Below are positions 1-12,583 of a stretch of 64,000 nt of DNA, in pieces. The stretch is from Takakia lepidozioides. Taxonomy: Eukaryota; Plantae; Bryophyta. The notes under the pieces were generated by a model that worked only from the letters and a program-made list of their open reading frames with translations, was not told the DNA's origin and made no database searches. Where the stretch lies: contig CM060731.1 of the NCBI GenBank assembly GCA_030704615.1, forward strand, positions 9,796,001 to 9,860,000, given 5' to 3'. A program made the translations under genes and the position numbers. The stretch's first letter is position 1; each line of letters opens with the position of its first letter.

Positions 1-1380
1 ACTTGTGGCATAATTGTACAACCAAAACCATTGTAACAGATGGCAGAGTGCAAGAATATGACTGTGGTGGTCTTGAGTTTGTAAGTCTACATGGCTCAGC
101 TCCTCCATTTGAGGGTGCTCAAAGTCATGGTACATTCGGTGTTGTTTTCAAATAATTGTTGTCTTGCTAAACAACTCCAGCCTGGGTTGGCTGCAGGTCC
201 GATCATCTTATCGAGCAGGGGAATTTTTCGTAGAGAGCATGATTCGGGAAGAAAGAAAGAAAGCAGCTCTGTCTGGAAGTAGCAGTGACTAATGGGCACA
301 CACGAGGGAGCAGGAGAGATTTAATCAACTTGCCCTCGATTTTCATGAGGTTACCTCACTTGAGACACTCATTGGGTACAGGGGGCATCGGCAAGAGTTC
401 AAAGCACCAAGTACAGTCCCTGGCTTAAGGTTACCTTAATATACACTGAATGCCTAGTAGTGTTAACATAGTGTTGCTTCCTATCATTTTACATAGGGTA
501 AATCTGAGGTGTTAATTGTTCACAATCTCCTACCACTTCGATGGATAAATATTGATGCCCAACTTCATCAGTAACAGGAGGGAGGCAGAGGGTATGCAAA
601 TGAGCAGACAGGAACAAATTGTTACTTGTGCCTGTTGTATAATGGAAAAGTGCAAACCAGGATTCTGTAGTGCTCAATGTAACTCATTACTCATTACTCT
701 TTCATGACTATACCTGAAACATCCAGTGTTGATCATGTATTCCTTCACAGTTCAATGTTACTGGTTTCTTCCTGCAGTCCTGATAAGCTTGTTTGGCTTT
801 ATAAATGCTTTTATGGGCCTCATGTACATTTGTTGATTGCTACCTGCACACACAATAACTTACTGTAAACTCTCAATCTAGAGCTGTTACTATGACTATA
901 TATCTTAAACTATCATGTACATGCTCTGATTGTAACTGATTAAATGACCTGTGCCGAGCATAGTTGTGCAAATACCTATATTACTAGCATTCTAAATTAA
1001 TTTTACCCTGTAGTTGCGTCTGAGGGTGCTATAACAACTTCTCTCCATGGCCTTGCCAAATGAGTCGTTTCTAAGCCTTAAAACTTGGTGCGCACGACAA
1101 TTTGATTGTAATCAATAATCCAGCCATGAATGTTGTTATCAACCTGGTGCAACATATTTGGACAATGCTAGAAAAGTAATCAGTGCTACTGTCCTATGCC
1201 AGAGGATCAACTCAAGAAGTTTTTCTCCTTGCAAATCTGTGGACAATGCAACAGAAAGGAGTCCACAACTGCACTGTTCGATGATCATACTTGAATTGCT
1301 GTCAACAACATGAGCAGCTCAGAGGAAGCACAGTACTGACTTTCACAATCATGAAATACATTGTTTCTTCTTTGCTAGGT

Positions 1381-3789
1381 TCACCAGTAATCACCACAAG
1401 AACAAACCCCATCTTGGAAATGGTGAAAACGGTTGGCATCCCGTACAACAATTGTTCGCCCAACAATCTTTGATATGAACTTGGTGGCTGTGTGGCAGTC
1501 ACCACATACCCGAAGGTTCTTAATGATGAGGACACGCATCCCAGGGGCTGTGCTAATGAGACCAAAAGCTATGGCCAGCTTCTCACTGTGATGCCAAAGA
1601 GAAAACTCCTTTTGTTCATCCTCCACATCATGCAATACAAAACGTGCGTCGGGGACATACCCAACCTCCTTCATCCGCGAAGACAATCTCTTCAGCTCAG
1701 CATGGATTTCCTCAATTTGTGGATGCAATTTGTCGCCTACAAGAAACGTGTGCACCCGGTTGTCCACCTCAATGCAGCTGTGCCCTGGTTCCTTTCTGAC
1801 ACCTCTCTCCTCCATCATTTTTCTCAACTTCGCTTGAGCATCCAACCGGCCAGCCGCAGCAAAGATGTTTGATAACAGCACATAACCTGACACGTTCTGT
1901 GGATCCAACTTGAGAAGGCATTTTGCAGCATGTTCTGCTAGCTCCACATTGCCATGTATTCTACAGGCACCAAGCAAGGCCACCCACACCCCGGCATGTG
2001 GTTCAATTGGCATTTTATCAATCAAATCCTTTGCCGCCGCTAAATGCCCTCCACGGCCAAGAAGGTCCACCACGCAGCCAAAATGTTCCGCTGTAGGAGT
2101 GACACCATAATTTTGACTCATGGTTTCGAAGTAGTGACAACCTTCTTCCACCAAGCCCACGTGGCTACATGCAGAGAGAAGACTCTTAAAAGTGATACTA
2201 TCCGGCTTCAAGCCTTTGTGGTGCATTTGTTCAAATAGTTTGAGGGCCTCCCTACCACGCCCATGGTGAGCGTATCCTGCAATCATTGCATTCCATGAGA
2301 CTACATTTTGTTCAGCCATATTGTGAAACACTTGTCGAGCATCCTTAATACTACCACATTTGGCATACATGTCAATAAGTGTAGTCTCCAAAATGATATC
2401 TGGAACAATACCACTGTCGTGGATGTTAGCATGTACCTCCTTCCCCTTTTCCAAGGCTGCCAGGCTGGCACATGCATTTAGAACAGAAAGGAATGTGACC
2501 TTGTCGGGTATCACCTGCTCCCATATCATTTGTTCGTATATGTCAAGAGCCTCACTACCACACCCATGTTGAGAATATCCTGCAATCATGGCGCTCCATG
2601 AGACCACATTTCGTTGAACCATACTGTCAAACACTTGACGTGCATCTTTTACACTCCCGCATTTGGCATACATGTCAACAAGGGTGTTCTCTAAAATCAT
2701 GTACGACTCAATCCCAGCTGTGATGATGTTGGCATGAACTGCTTTACCCTTATCCAGACATCTTAAGCTGGCACATGCATTGAGAACACAAACAAATGTT
2801 ACTTTGTCAGGTTTCAACCCTTCCCATATCATTTGCTCGTATATCTCCAAAGCCTGACTGCCACACCCATGCTGAGCATATGCTGTAATCATTGCATTCC
2901 AAGAGATCACATTCCGTTGTACCATATTGTCAAACACTTGGCGTGCATCCTTTAAACTCCCGCATTTGCCATACATATTGACAAGGGCAGTCCCTAGAAT
3001 GATATCTAGCGCAATTCCAGCTCTGCTGATCTCAGCATGGACCTCTTTGCCCTTTTCCAAGGATGACAGGCTGGCACAAGCATTGAGAACAGAAACAAAG
3101 GTGACCTTGTCAGGTGTCACCCTTTCCTGTATCATTTGCGCATAGATGTCAAAAGCCTCCCTACCATACCCATGCCGAGCATATCCTGCCATCATTGTGG
3201 TCCATGAAACCACATTTCGTTCAGGCATATTGTCAAACACTTGACGTGCATCTTTTAAACTTCCACATTTGGCATACATGTCAACAAGGGAATTCTCCAA
3301 AATCACGTATGATGTAACTCCAGCTTTGATGATGTCAGCATGAATTTGTATGCCCTTTTCCAGGGCTCCTATGCTGGCACAGGCATTGAGTACACAAACG
3401 AACGTGACCTTGTCGGGTGTCACCCCTCCCCAGGTCATTTTCTCATATATCTCCAAAGCCTCCCTACCACACCCGTGTTTCATATATCCTGTCATCATTA
3501 TAGTCCATGTAAATACATCTCGTTCAGGCATCTGGTCAAACACTTCGCGTGCATCCACTACCCTTCCACACTTGGCATACATTTTCACAAGTGTGTTCAG
3601 TAGAAAGACAGTTGGCTTGAATCCACTTCCAATAATGAGGCCATGTACCTGCTTTCCCGTTTTGAGGTCTTTAATTTTGATGCACTCCTGCAAGAGGCAG
3701 ACATAAGTACTGAAGTCTGTTGAGCTGCCGGGTTGGTTCAGAATGTGTAGTGCCTCTTTCACTTGCCCTGTCTTACATAGTGTCCTCAC
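1381..3789 (-). CDS. PLS-class PPR protein with E1-E2-DYW deaminase domain (organellar C-to-U editing factor); true N-terminus unresolved
   Basis: About 17 L/S/P motifs (KVTFVCVLNAC.., VILENSLVDMYAKCG.., VVSW..M..GY), P2-L2-S2, E1/E2, PG box KEPGHSCIEV, HSEKLA, KNLRVCGDCH, terminal CSCGDYW. The listed start is GTG; the frame stays open to 3906 with no ATG, so an upstream exon is probably needed. Confidence 0.95.
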   Translation of the reverse strand: MRTLCKTGQVKEALHILNQPGSSTDFSTYVCLLQECIKIKDLKTGKQVHGLIIGSGFKPTVFLLNTLVKMYAKCGRVVDAREVFDQMPERDVFTWTIMMTGYMKHGCGREALEIYEKMTWGGVTPDKVTFVCVLNACASIGALEKGIQIHADIIKAGVTSYVILENSLVDMYAKCGSLKDARQVFDNMPERNVVSWTTMMAGYARHGYGREAFDIYAQMIQERVTPDKVTFVSVLNACASLSSLEKGKEVHAEISRAGIALDIILGTALVNMYGKCGSLKDARQVFDNMVQRNVISWNAMITAYAQHGCGSQALEIYEQMIWEGLKPDKVTFVCVLNACASLRCLDKGKAVHANIITAGIESYMILENTLVDMYAKCGSVKDARQVFDSMVQRNVVSWSAMIAGYSQHGCGSEALDIYEQMIWEQVIPDKVTFLSVLNACASLAALEKGKEVHANIHDSGIVPDIILETTLIDMYAKCGSIKDARQVFHNMAEQNVVSWNAMIAGYAHHGRGREALKLFEQMHHKGLKPDSITFKSLLSACSHVGLVEEGCHYFETMSQNYGVTPTAEHFGCVVDLLGRGGHLAAAKDLIDKMPIEPHAGVWVALLGACRIHGNVELAEHAAKCLLKLDPQNVSGYVLLSNIFAAAGRLDAQAKLRKMMEERGVRKEPGHSCIEVDNRVHTFLVGDKLHPQIEEIHAELKRLSSRMKEVGYVPDARFVLHDVEDEQKEFSLWHHSEKLAIAFGLISTAPGMRVLIIKNLRVCGDCHTATKFISKIVGRTIVVRDANRFHHFQDGVCSCGDYW

Positions 3790-5146
3790 ATCCCCACAAG
3801 TGTCGGATGAGTTCTCGCTGACTCTCTCTCTTTGTCCGCTTGTAAAAGCAGTAGTTATGGTGCAGGCACCTGTTTCAACCCAACTATCCTGGATGACTCC
3901 AAACTCTTACGGACATTTACACTGAAACTCACATAATGTGCATAGGGATGACATGCCTGATGGTGGCAGCGACCACTTTGCCCCCACTGTCAAAACCCTG
4001 AAGGTTTGCTTATGCGCTCTTGTTTTCAGGGGAGAACAGGTACAGAAAGGCTGTAGGAATAAAACTCTTCCTCTGGAAAGTGTTACTGTGACAACTGGTC
4101 GGCCATTACCAATTTTCAGAGGTAGAAAGACTAGAGCTTCCAGTGGCATTCAGGAGCAGTATTGCTGATAAAGATAGGTTGACAACTAAATGACATTGTC
4201 CTTTTCCTCCACACTATCAAACATTCCAGTCGTGACTGAGAGCCAGATAAAACATTCATTTGACTCTGATTATATGAGCCATGGGCCCCAAAACCACTGG
4301 TCTTACAGGGAGGAGAATGGGGCGAGTCTCATCTTGGGACACTCATTCCAGCAATTCTACAACTCGTACCCAAGGGAGGGCCCTAGCTTTTGGCATTGTC
4401 TCAAAGCTTCTTGAACTGAGGGCAAAGACACCCTATTGATGCTGCCCTAATGCCCAATGCCAAAATCTACCCAAAAAAGCAGGGTCACAAGTTGTCACTG
4501 TTACATTTACACCATCATAGACTGGCCTCAGGGGAGGCGAGAGGCAGAGAGAGGAGTTCATGATGCAGAATCAAAATCATAGCCTTGTATGCAGCCACCC
4601 TGCACCGATTCCCATGGAGCAGAAAAGGGGAGGTGCTAAAAGGAGCTGAGAGGGATGAAACAGCACCTGAAGTGAAATTGGTGGTTTTTGCTTGCAGGCA
4701 TTGAAGCGGGAGACATTGGTGGAGTGTTGGGTATCTCACTTCAGGGATGACTTGAATGCTGTAGCTCATGTGGCTACTGCAGGGCTCGATTTCTTTGTTC
4801 ACACTATTGAGACAGTAAAGCGCCTGCAGCGTATTGTACGAGACCAACGTGCAGGGTAGAGATCTTTCTGTTCACATCCTCCCGTCTCCGACTGCGAGTG
4901 AGCAGACGGGAAACTTTGGAGCGAGATCGCATACCATCGCCTGGTGCCCAACCGCCTTAGTGTCCCCAGGGAACTAAAAGGGTGAATCCAAGCTACTCTT
5001 TTCCAGGGAGCGGCGCAATCAGTCCATAATTCCCCTTTCGAAAGAAGACGGATACTTTTGTTTCAAGCCAAATCTCTCTCTCTCTCTAAGGCAGCATCCA
5101 TGGCCCTGTTGGGATGTAACTTCTGGGCTTGTCACATACGTCAGAT

Positions 5147-5194
5147 TGAGTCACTCTGAATGAGTCACTCTGAATTTGTTTGAGTCACTCTGAA
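5147..5194. repeat. Three copies of TGAGTCACTCTGAA
   Basis: Copies at 5147, 5161 and 5181; each contains TGAGTCA (GCN4/AP-1-like bZIP core), upstream of the first PPR gene. Confidence 0.75.
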
Positions 5195-7306
5195 TGGTTG
5201 TGATTTTTCTAATGGACAAATGGGCAAAGTAAAATGGACAAAGGGTTTGTTATTTCAAGACATCTAACACTATTAACGTTTTTGATTCGCTGAGCTGCGA
5301 AAAGTCTGGATTTGTGTTTGATTTTTAAAAGAGCAGATGTATGGGTTTAGTTTTGCTGCTGTCGGTTAATAAGTTAGACTTTGCAGAAAACGACGGAGCA
5401 ACACTGCCTTTCCCAACAGTTTTCATGCCGTTCCAACGTTTACTGGCTGCAATGCGATTGTCCAAGCGTCTCCAGCACCCTTTCACCTCGAAACGTTTCG
5501 GTTGCAGCTTTCTTTACCTACAGGCTAACTAATTAACTTCGAGAAAGATGGATCGCTACTTGCTTCTTAGGGGTTCAGCAGATGAAGGATCTCTGAGCTG
5601 TTTTACTGGACCTGAGTTCTTGCTAAACTTTACACAGGACTTGCATACATTGTTTCTGGCACCCGTTGTTGTGTTCTGTAGGAGGGATGGCATCAATACC
5701 CAGAACAAAGATAGGCCAAGAAAGGTGGAGAGTACACACTGCCCCTTCGGTGTTCAGGAATGATAGAGGTGCACCATCGTCGCTGTCATACTTACAAAAT
5801 ACTCGGCCCTCTTCCTCTGGACATGTTCAGATGGTCGGTTGCACAAAATACATTGCAGTACCGGAATTAGAAGCACAGTCGCATAAGTTGATGGAGGTGG
5901 AGAGGCGGGAGAGTGATGTTGGGCCGACCCCTTCACGACGATCGCTTATAGATTCACGCCTCGACATCACTTCTTCTTCTTCCTCTGGATCTGATAATCG
6001 AACAGTTGTTGATAACAACTCATCTTCTGGAGAAAGTGAGATAATTCAGCTAGAGATCACCAACTCCGGAGTCCAGAGAACAGAGGGACAAACAGGTCAC
6101 TACGCGACCAGTACTCACGATGAGCGGGCTCATTCACACTTAAACTCAATCGGGGTGGAGAGAGGAGGGACAGATGTTCAAAGTGACAGAGAGAAAGAAT
6201 CCTTCCGCTTCAGGTGGGATGTCTTTCGACTGATGCTCACTGAACCCAGCAATTGAGCGGCGGGGCAAACCAACATCATATCATCTCCTCTTGGAACTCA
6301 TACGGTCCCTAAACCATGGGTTGCAGTGTCTTCTCATGCCCAAGCTAGAGAAAACTCCCAAAGACTGAAACGACCAACACTTTAAGACTACCTAATAATA
6401 CATCATCTGCAGTTGTGAGGTTCTTGCGTGGTTTGTCTTTCTACCCTCTTCTGCTTGTTTACAATATATCAACAAAGTATGCTTGAGAACCCAGGGGTAG
6501 GGAGTGAGAGGTGGATAGGCCTTAACTCCAAAATGAGGCTACTGTTTTGGTCCTGACCTACAAAACTGAAGCTTTACCCAGAGCACCCACATAGTCAATT
6601 GTGTTGCTTGCAACAGGCTTCTCAATGGGCCCTATACTACAATCCAGATGAGATGCAGATTAAAGAATCTTTCATAGTGTCAGTGTTCTCACCGGATGTT
6701 TTGTGGAAGCCATTGAAACATTGATCACCCCATCTGTGTGCAACCTCAATGCCCAACCACAAGGGGCCACATAATGTTGATGACACGCTGATCACAAGAT
6801 AGACGTGTTCCTCGTCATGTTGCTTGCAAACCTTTTAGTTTATCACAAGCTTTGACGCTTAGCGGTCTTACCCTGCACAATAGCTGCCTCGCAAATGGCC
6901 GATGAAAACACTTATACTTCCAAACACCTGTTCTTCTGGTTGAGTTTCACTGCCTGTGTGTGGCAAGAGTTAGAGGTCCTCTCACCGATGTAAGGGAAAA
7001 ACAGGAAAAATAGAAAAACTTCATGAGTCAAAAAGATCATTTCCCTTCACAGCCTACTTACCTCCATCCAATGTGCCCGAAACTTGGTGGCACCCTGAGA
7101 GCAGCAATCAATTAACATAAGAATATCTCCTAACCTTCTCGCCCCCTTGGCTGAGGCCCACTACTCCCTTTGCACTCACACCTTTGACAAGGTGTGCAGA
7201 GTGCGAACTGAGATGATATGGCCATTTCTGAATACTTGCTTTCTTCCAGGATTTGAGGCCATCTGCCACGATCGGAAATTAGAAGAACTCGATGATCAGC
7301 ATTTTA

Positions 7307-7422
7307 CCACGATCGGAAATTGGCAGAAGAAATAGATGATCAGCATTTGAGGAGAAGATGATCAGCATTTTACCCCTTCTCAAATGCTCATCATGATTTC
7401 TTCGGCCGATTTCCGATGGTGG
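7307..7422. repeat. Imperfect inverted repeat (hairpin, about 46-bp arms) with a partial direct copy at 7266-7306
   Basis: Left arm ccacgatcggaaattggcagaagaaatagatgatcagcatttgag; reverse complement of right arm ccaccatcggaaatcggccgaagaaatcatgatgagcatttgag. Confidence 0.75.
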
Positions 7423-8847
7423 GAGAACACTCTAGGCGTTGCCAGGAGCATAAAGCCGCTCTCTTGAGACCAAAAGAAGGAACAGTCTGTAACCTTCGTT
7501 CCTCCAACTTTACGGGGCATCTATTACTATATATATGGGTCCCCCCCTCTTAATTTAGCCACAGTTTTCGCCATGTTTAGCCATTCTTGTCCGGGGGTCC
7601 ACTGCTCCCGTCATCCGGGACCTAACATGTGTCCCGGGGGCCCCCATGACCCGGACTCCCGCTAAAAGGATGCACTCATTCTCATTCATCTACGTGAGCG
7701 GATGAACAGGAAAAGCCATCCATCTCTCAAAGAGTCACGCAAAATCATGACACATGCGTCGATCCCCGGTTGGTGGCCTGGATCTGCTCCGTGTACTTTT
7801 TTTTTTTTTTTTTTTTTAATTTTTCTTCTTTGAAAAAAAGAAAGTAGTATATATACTGCGGAATATATTAAAATATTATATCGTCCAGGATCGCTCTGTT
7901 CGTCGGTGGCGGACATTCATCCAGCGGAATGGGGGGTGTGAGCCGGCGGAAAACCGGGAGGTGGGACGGGTGGCCCAATAGAGGGAGGGGAGCGGCAGCA
8001 TTATTGCTGCGCGCGCTTTCTGCTGCGCTGCTCCGTCTCGCAGATCGACACACAGACAGCGCCGTGCTGTCTTGTGCGCTGTGCTGCTCTCGATCGTTTT
8101 GCCAACGGGCGGCTTCTGCATCCCCGCGCCCTTGCTTGCTGTTGCCAGGCAGCGACGGGACTCGCTTCTGAAGGACAGAAAGAAAGAAAGACAGAGAGAA
8201 GTTGACAAAGATAGATCGATCGTAGAGGCTTGGTTTGGTGTCTTGTGTTGTGTCTTGTTGATTCGAACATCGGCTTCCTGCACTCGACGGCCTCATGCTG
8301 AGAGCGTTGCAGTGTGCGGTGAAAGATAATCTATATGTTGAAATTTTTGGAAATATTTTTTCGCACTGTTGCGTTTCTATCTTTTTCGTGTCTTGCAGCG
8401 CTCGGAGAGCGTTCTTTGTTCCAATTTTAGTTTTGAATATCTAGGGATCTGAAAGCAGAATCTTCTTGGAAGGTCTGGATCTGTTCTTGAATCTAGGAAC
8501 TAACCTGGATCAAGAAGTCTGATGCTCGGTTTGTTTGTTGTCTGAATTTGTTGGTTGAGTTGACCAACAGCTCCCATTATCCTCGCATTCTTTCTTCCGA
8601 TAAATTATTCTGTCCCGTATACAACGGGAGAGTTTTAGTCCGGCTGCACAATTTTCTGATGACGCCAGGGCCATGGCATTGAAGTTAAATCTCCCTGCGA
8701 GTTGCTTAGTGAGATCGAAGTTCTTTTTTAAAATATTTACCGCCCCAGCAATCTGCCAACCGTAATCCGGAGTGGCAACATTGTTTCTTACTGCAATTTC
8801 TCACATACAATCTGCAAAGCGCCAGTGTCTGCTAGCAAGAAGCCACC

Positions 8848-11800
8848 ATGACTGCAGAGAAAAAAGGCTCGGTTTCAGATGCAGGAGCATGGGCGATGAA
8901 CGTCATCAGCTCTGTGGGGATCATTATGGCAAACAAGCAAGTGATGTCCACTGCAGGCTACGATTTTAGGTTTGGTGAGAAACTCTATACTCGTAGAAGA
9001 GGCTCCTTCATTTATGACAGGAATAGCATCTGAATTTGGAATGAACCTTTTGTCGATTTATATGATGGACAACCCTTGCTTACTGCAGAGTCATTCTCTT
9101 TCGTAAGAGAACACTTGAAATTCTGGACCTTGCGCAGTCTTCAAGATTATATACCAGTCTTGGCGAACAGCCACCTGCAGCCCGGACAAGGATACAATAA
9201 TGTTTGGATCAGTGTGTTCGCATTGTTGTGCGGCCTTTCTTGGGCGATTGAGGTAGTTATTATCCAGGAATCGTGATTTGCACGAATAAATCCCCTGTGC
9301 AATGAAGGATGAAGTTGCAGAGAAAGAACCATGCCAGAAGGGGAGTTCAAATGGTTATTGCTGGGTATTTACTTGTCCACTGCTGTCTGAAATTTAAACT
9401 TGAGTTCCTAATTTCAGTGTATCTTAAGGTTATGTAAAATTTTCAGTGTTTGTATGGATTTGAGCATAGATCATACTCACAAGAAAATGTCCACTTTCTT
9501 GCCATTTCTTTAGCTTGGTTAACAGAAGGTGGTCCAGAACAAATGTCGGGCCTCAAGTTAGAGTTTTGCAGCAGATACCCCGCAGAATGTTTTTGACAAC
9601 AACAATATGGGTTGCAGGCCCTTTGAATGAAGCATATCCATTTGATTGCAGACCAGGACGTCAGAACGCTAACCTGTCTGTACAATGTGTGCACTCATGT
9701 TTTGCAGCAACAACACTGACAGCATTCCATTTTACAATGACAGCCAGTGTGGGATATATATCGTCTGCACTAGGCTATCTCCCCTCAAAGCATGTGCCAT
9801 TCTGGGACTTATTTCTGTTCTCCCTTGTATCAAACACATCCATTGTGGGCATGAATCTCAGCCTTATGCTCAACTCTGTCGGTTTCTATCAGGTCTGTTT
9901 CTAGCATTTTTCGAGTGGTTCTGTCATTTCGCCTTATATTTTACATTGTGCAGTAAATTAGTAAACTAGAGCAAATGTCTTTCACCCCTGGCCTGCCCAT
10001 GAAACGGGTATTTGAAATCTCAGTCTTCATGTGTTGGAGTAGATCACATGTACAGGGTCAATGTGAACAAGATATGATTATAAGTTCGTAACGGATGCTT
10101 GCGTTAAGCTGAAAACATTACTTACTCTCTAGGATTGTAGGGGTTCACCTCTAATGTGAGACTCCATAATTTTTTAGGATGACGAAAGGAGTGAAGGATT
10201 AAAATAGTGGGGGGGTTGGGTGAGAGGGATGGAGAGTCAGCTGATTGCAGCATATGCGCATGCTGGGCGCCAGCAGGCTACCCCCAACTTGCAACGTGGA
10301 CCTTGTTTAGTACTTGGAGGAGAGGAGGAAGTCATTCCAATTCTTCACGTCATATATCCAACACATTTCCTCCAGTGTTGATGACTTGAATCATTGGGGC
10401 GATACTACACATGGATTGAGACGTGATGAAGACATCTTGTCTATAGGAGTTGTTAGAAAGATTGTCTATTGCTGACAACTAAAAGATGGTGCTGTTTGGC
10501 TTTCTCTGTACAGATCTCCAAATTGAGTATGATACCAGTCGTGTGTGTTTTGGAGTGGATGCTGCATAGCAAGACCTACACAAGAGAAGTGAAGATTGCT
10601 GTGTTTGTAGTGATGATTGGTGTGGGCGTTTGCACTATTACGGATGTCAATGTCAACCTTAAAGGATTTCTTGCAGCTGTGATTGCAGTCATTTGCACAT
10701 CACTACAACAGATTGTGAGTCCCAAACATCCTTCTATGTTATGCTCCATTAGTTTCACAAGCGGGTTGATATCTAATTAGCACAAGACATTCTCTTACTC
10801 GTATATGTCAACAATTAAGAAGTGCTGTTAAGTGCATTGTTTGTTGAGACTCCCAGTCCAGATTCTATGGACATTCTTTGGACATTGGGCAGTTCACCAC
10901 TCTGACTGATAGTAACTTATGTCATGGCTCAGGAGAGTGAAAGACCCATCTGCAAGGAATGTAATGCACCTTCCAGAATATTAAAGTTGTTCTCCAGATT
11001 TCTGACAGCCGCTTGAAGTATTGAGACATGTCAGTGTGCGCTAACTTGATTGTATGTGTCGCAGTACATTGGGGCACTACAAAAGAAACACAATTGTGGT
11101 TCCTTTGAGCTCCTAAGCAAGACCGCACCTATCCAGGCTGCATCACTGTTGGCCATGGGACCTGCTGCCGATTATTGGTTGAATGGGCGCAGTGTTTTCC
11201 ACTATGAGTTTTCGACAGGAGCTATAGTAAGTACCTCTTGCTGGGTGTGCCAGTTACAGTCCCTACCTCTGGTGATATGGGGGTGTATGAGCATTGATTG
11301 GACGCACAAATAGAATGTTGCTTGGCAGCCTCTACCATGTCCTGAATTTCATGTAGTGCAGTATGGAAAAGTGAGCTGTTGCTGTCTCCCGTGACTGTAG
11401 TAAACTTCTCATCTTCATCTTCTTCCTTTTTGCATATAGGTTCCTGAGGGGAACATGTGGGCGTTGTGGTTGATGGGCAGTTCTTCATCACACTATCATG
11501 TGTGCTTGCTGTCTTCTGCAACATGAGCCAGTACCTTTGTATCGGCCGCTTCTCCGCGGTCTCCTTCCAGGTTTGTAGTCTTGTTGGACTTGGGTTTAAG
11601 CGTGCAATCAAACCGCCTGACGGAGATGTTTCATGCAGTATGTCTGAAATGCCTTAGCAACGAGGATTGGATGGGGTCGTGTCAGCAATGCTGCTGCAAT
11701 TCAGTCTCTTTGAAGGCTGTCTAGCATCCAAAAAGACAGTTGATCAAAGTGTGTCACCCTTAGAGCCTGTCTCATGGTAGCACCTGGACTGCATAGTGAT

Positions 11801-12583
11801 TAAGTGGAACGGCTTTGTTTGTCAACCAAGAGATGCCTAAACACTTTCCCAGTCTTAAGGCCATTGAAACAGCATAAACATATATGTGAGAAGCCTCGTG
11901 AACTATGAACTCACATTTGAGAAATAACCTGGGCAATCAACATCCAGGTTAAAGAATGTACCCATAAGACATTGTTTGCCGTAGCCCTGTGGCCATCCAG
12001 GTTAAAGAAAAGATTTGAAAGATGAAAACAAACACACCAGGACTAAATTTCAGGGAAAGACACACGAAAGGAGGAGCAAATCAAAAGAAAGTCATAACTT
12101 AAGAGAGTAAATTTGGAGTAACTTCACTGTCTGACTGCCGTTTCTTACTATCACCAGAGATGTGCTAGTTAGTCAGGTTATCTGTATGATGTGCTCTGTA
12201 AGTACTGAAAGCATACAACATAACTGATACAAAGGAAACCCCTGATACAAGTTATGGATTTTTGATAGACCAGGATATTGAAGGACACTCATTGGTTGCA
12301 GGTGCTTGGACATATGAAGACGGTCTGTGTACTGCTCCTGGGATGGCTACTTTTCGATTCAGTGTTGACTTCCAAGAATATGTTGGGCATGGCCATGGCA
12401 GTTGTTGGAATGATCATTTACAGTTGGGCTGTTGAGCTTGCTAAGCAAGCATCTGCAAAGACAATACCATCTAGCTATGTGAAAGATAGCAGCTTCATTG
12501 AGGAAGACATTTCCCTGTTGAAAAGTTCCTTTGAACAGCAAACAACCAAGGATGTAGAACTTGGGAGGGGGGAGAGCAAGTGA
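8848..12583 (+). CDS. URGT: Nucleotide-sugar transporter, UDP-rhamnose/UDP-galactose transporter (URGT) family, 348 aa, 6 exons
   Basis: GT-AG exons 8848-8974, 9708-9892, 10514-10714, 11065-11226, 11481-11570, 12302-12583 (1047 nt, in frame). Motifs [72 protein letters not shown] match the plant URGT family. Confidence 0.93.

Noticed and set aside
5666-6256. 196-aa Ser-rich ORF
   Set aside because: TTG start, low complexity, no recognisable domain or splice partners; possibly decayed retroelement sequence.
7520-7540. Helitron-like 5' terminus (TCTATTACTATATA)
   Set aside because: No matching 3' hairpin plus CTAG end identified.
7868-8329. Overlapping GC-rich ORFs upstream of the transporter
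   Set aside because: Best explained as promoter and 5' UTR of the URGT gene; no protein-like motifs.
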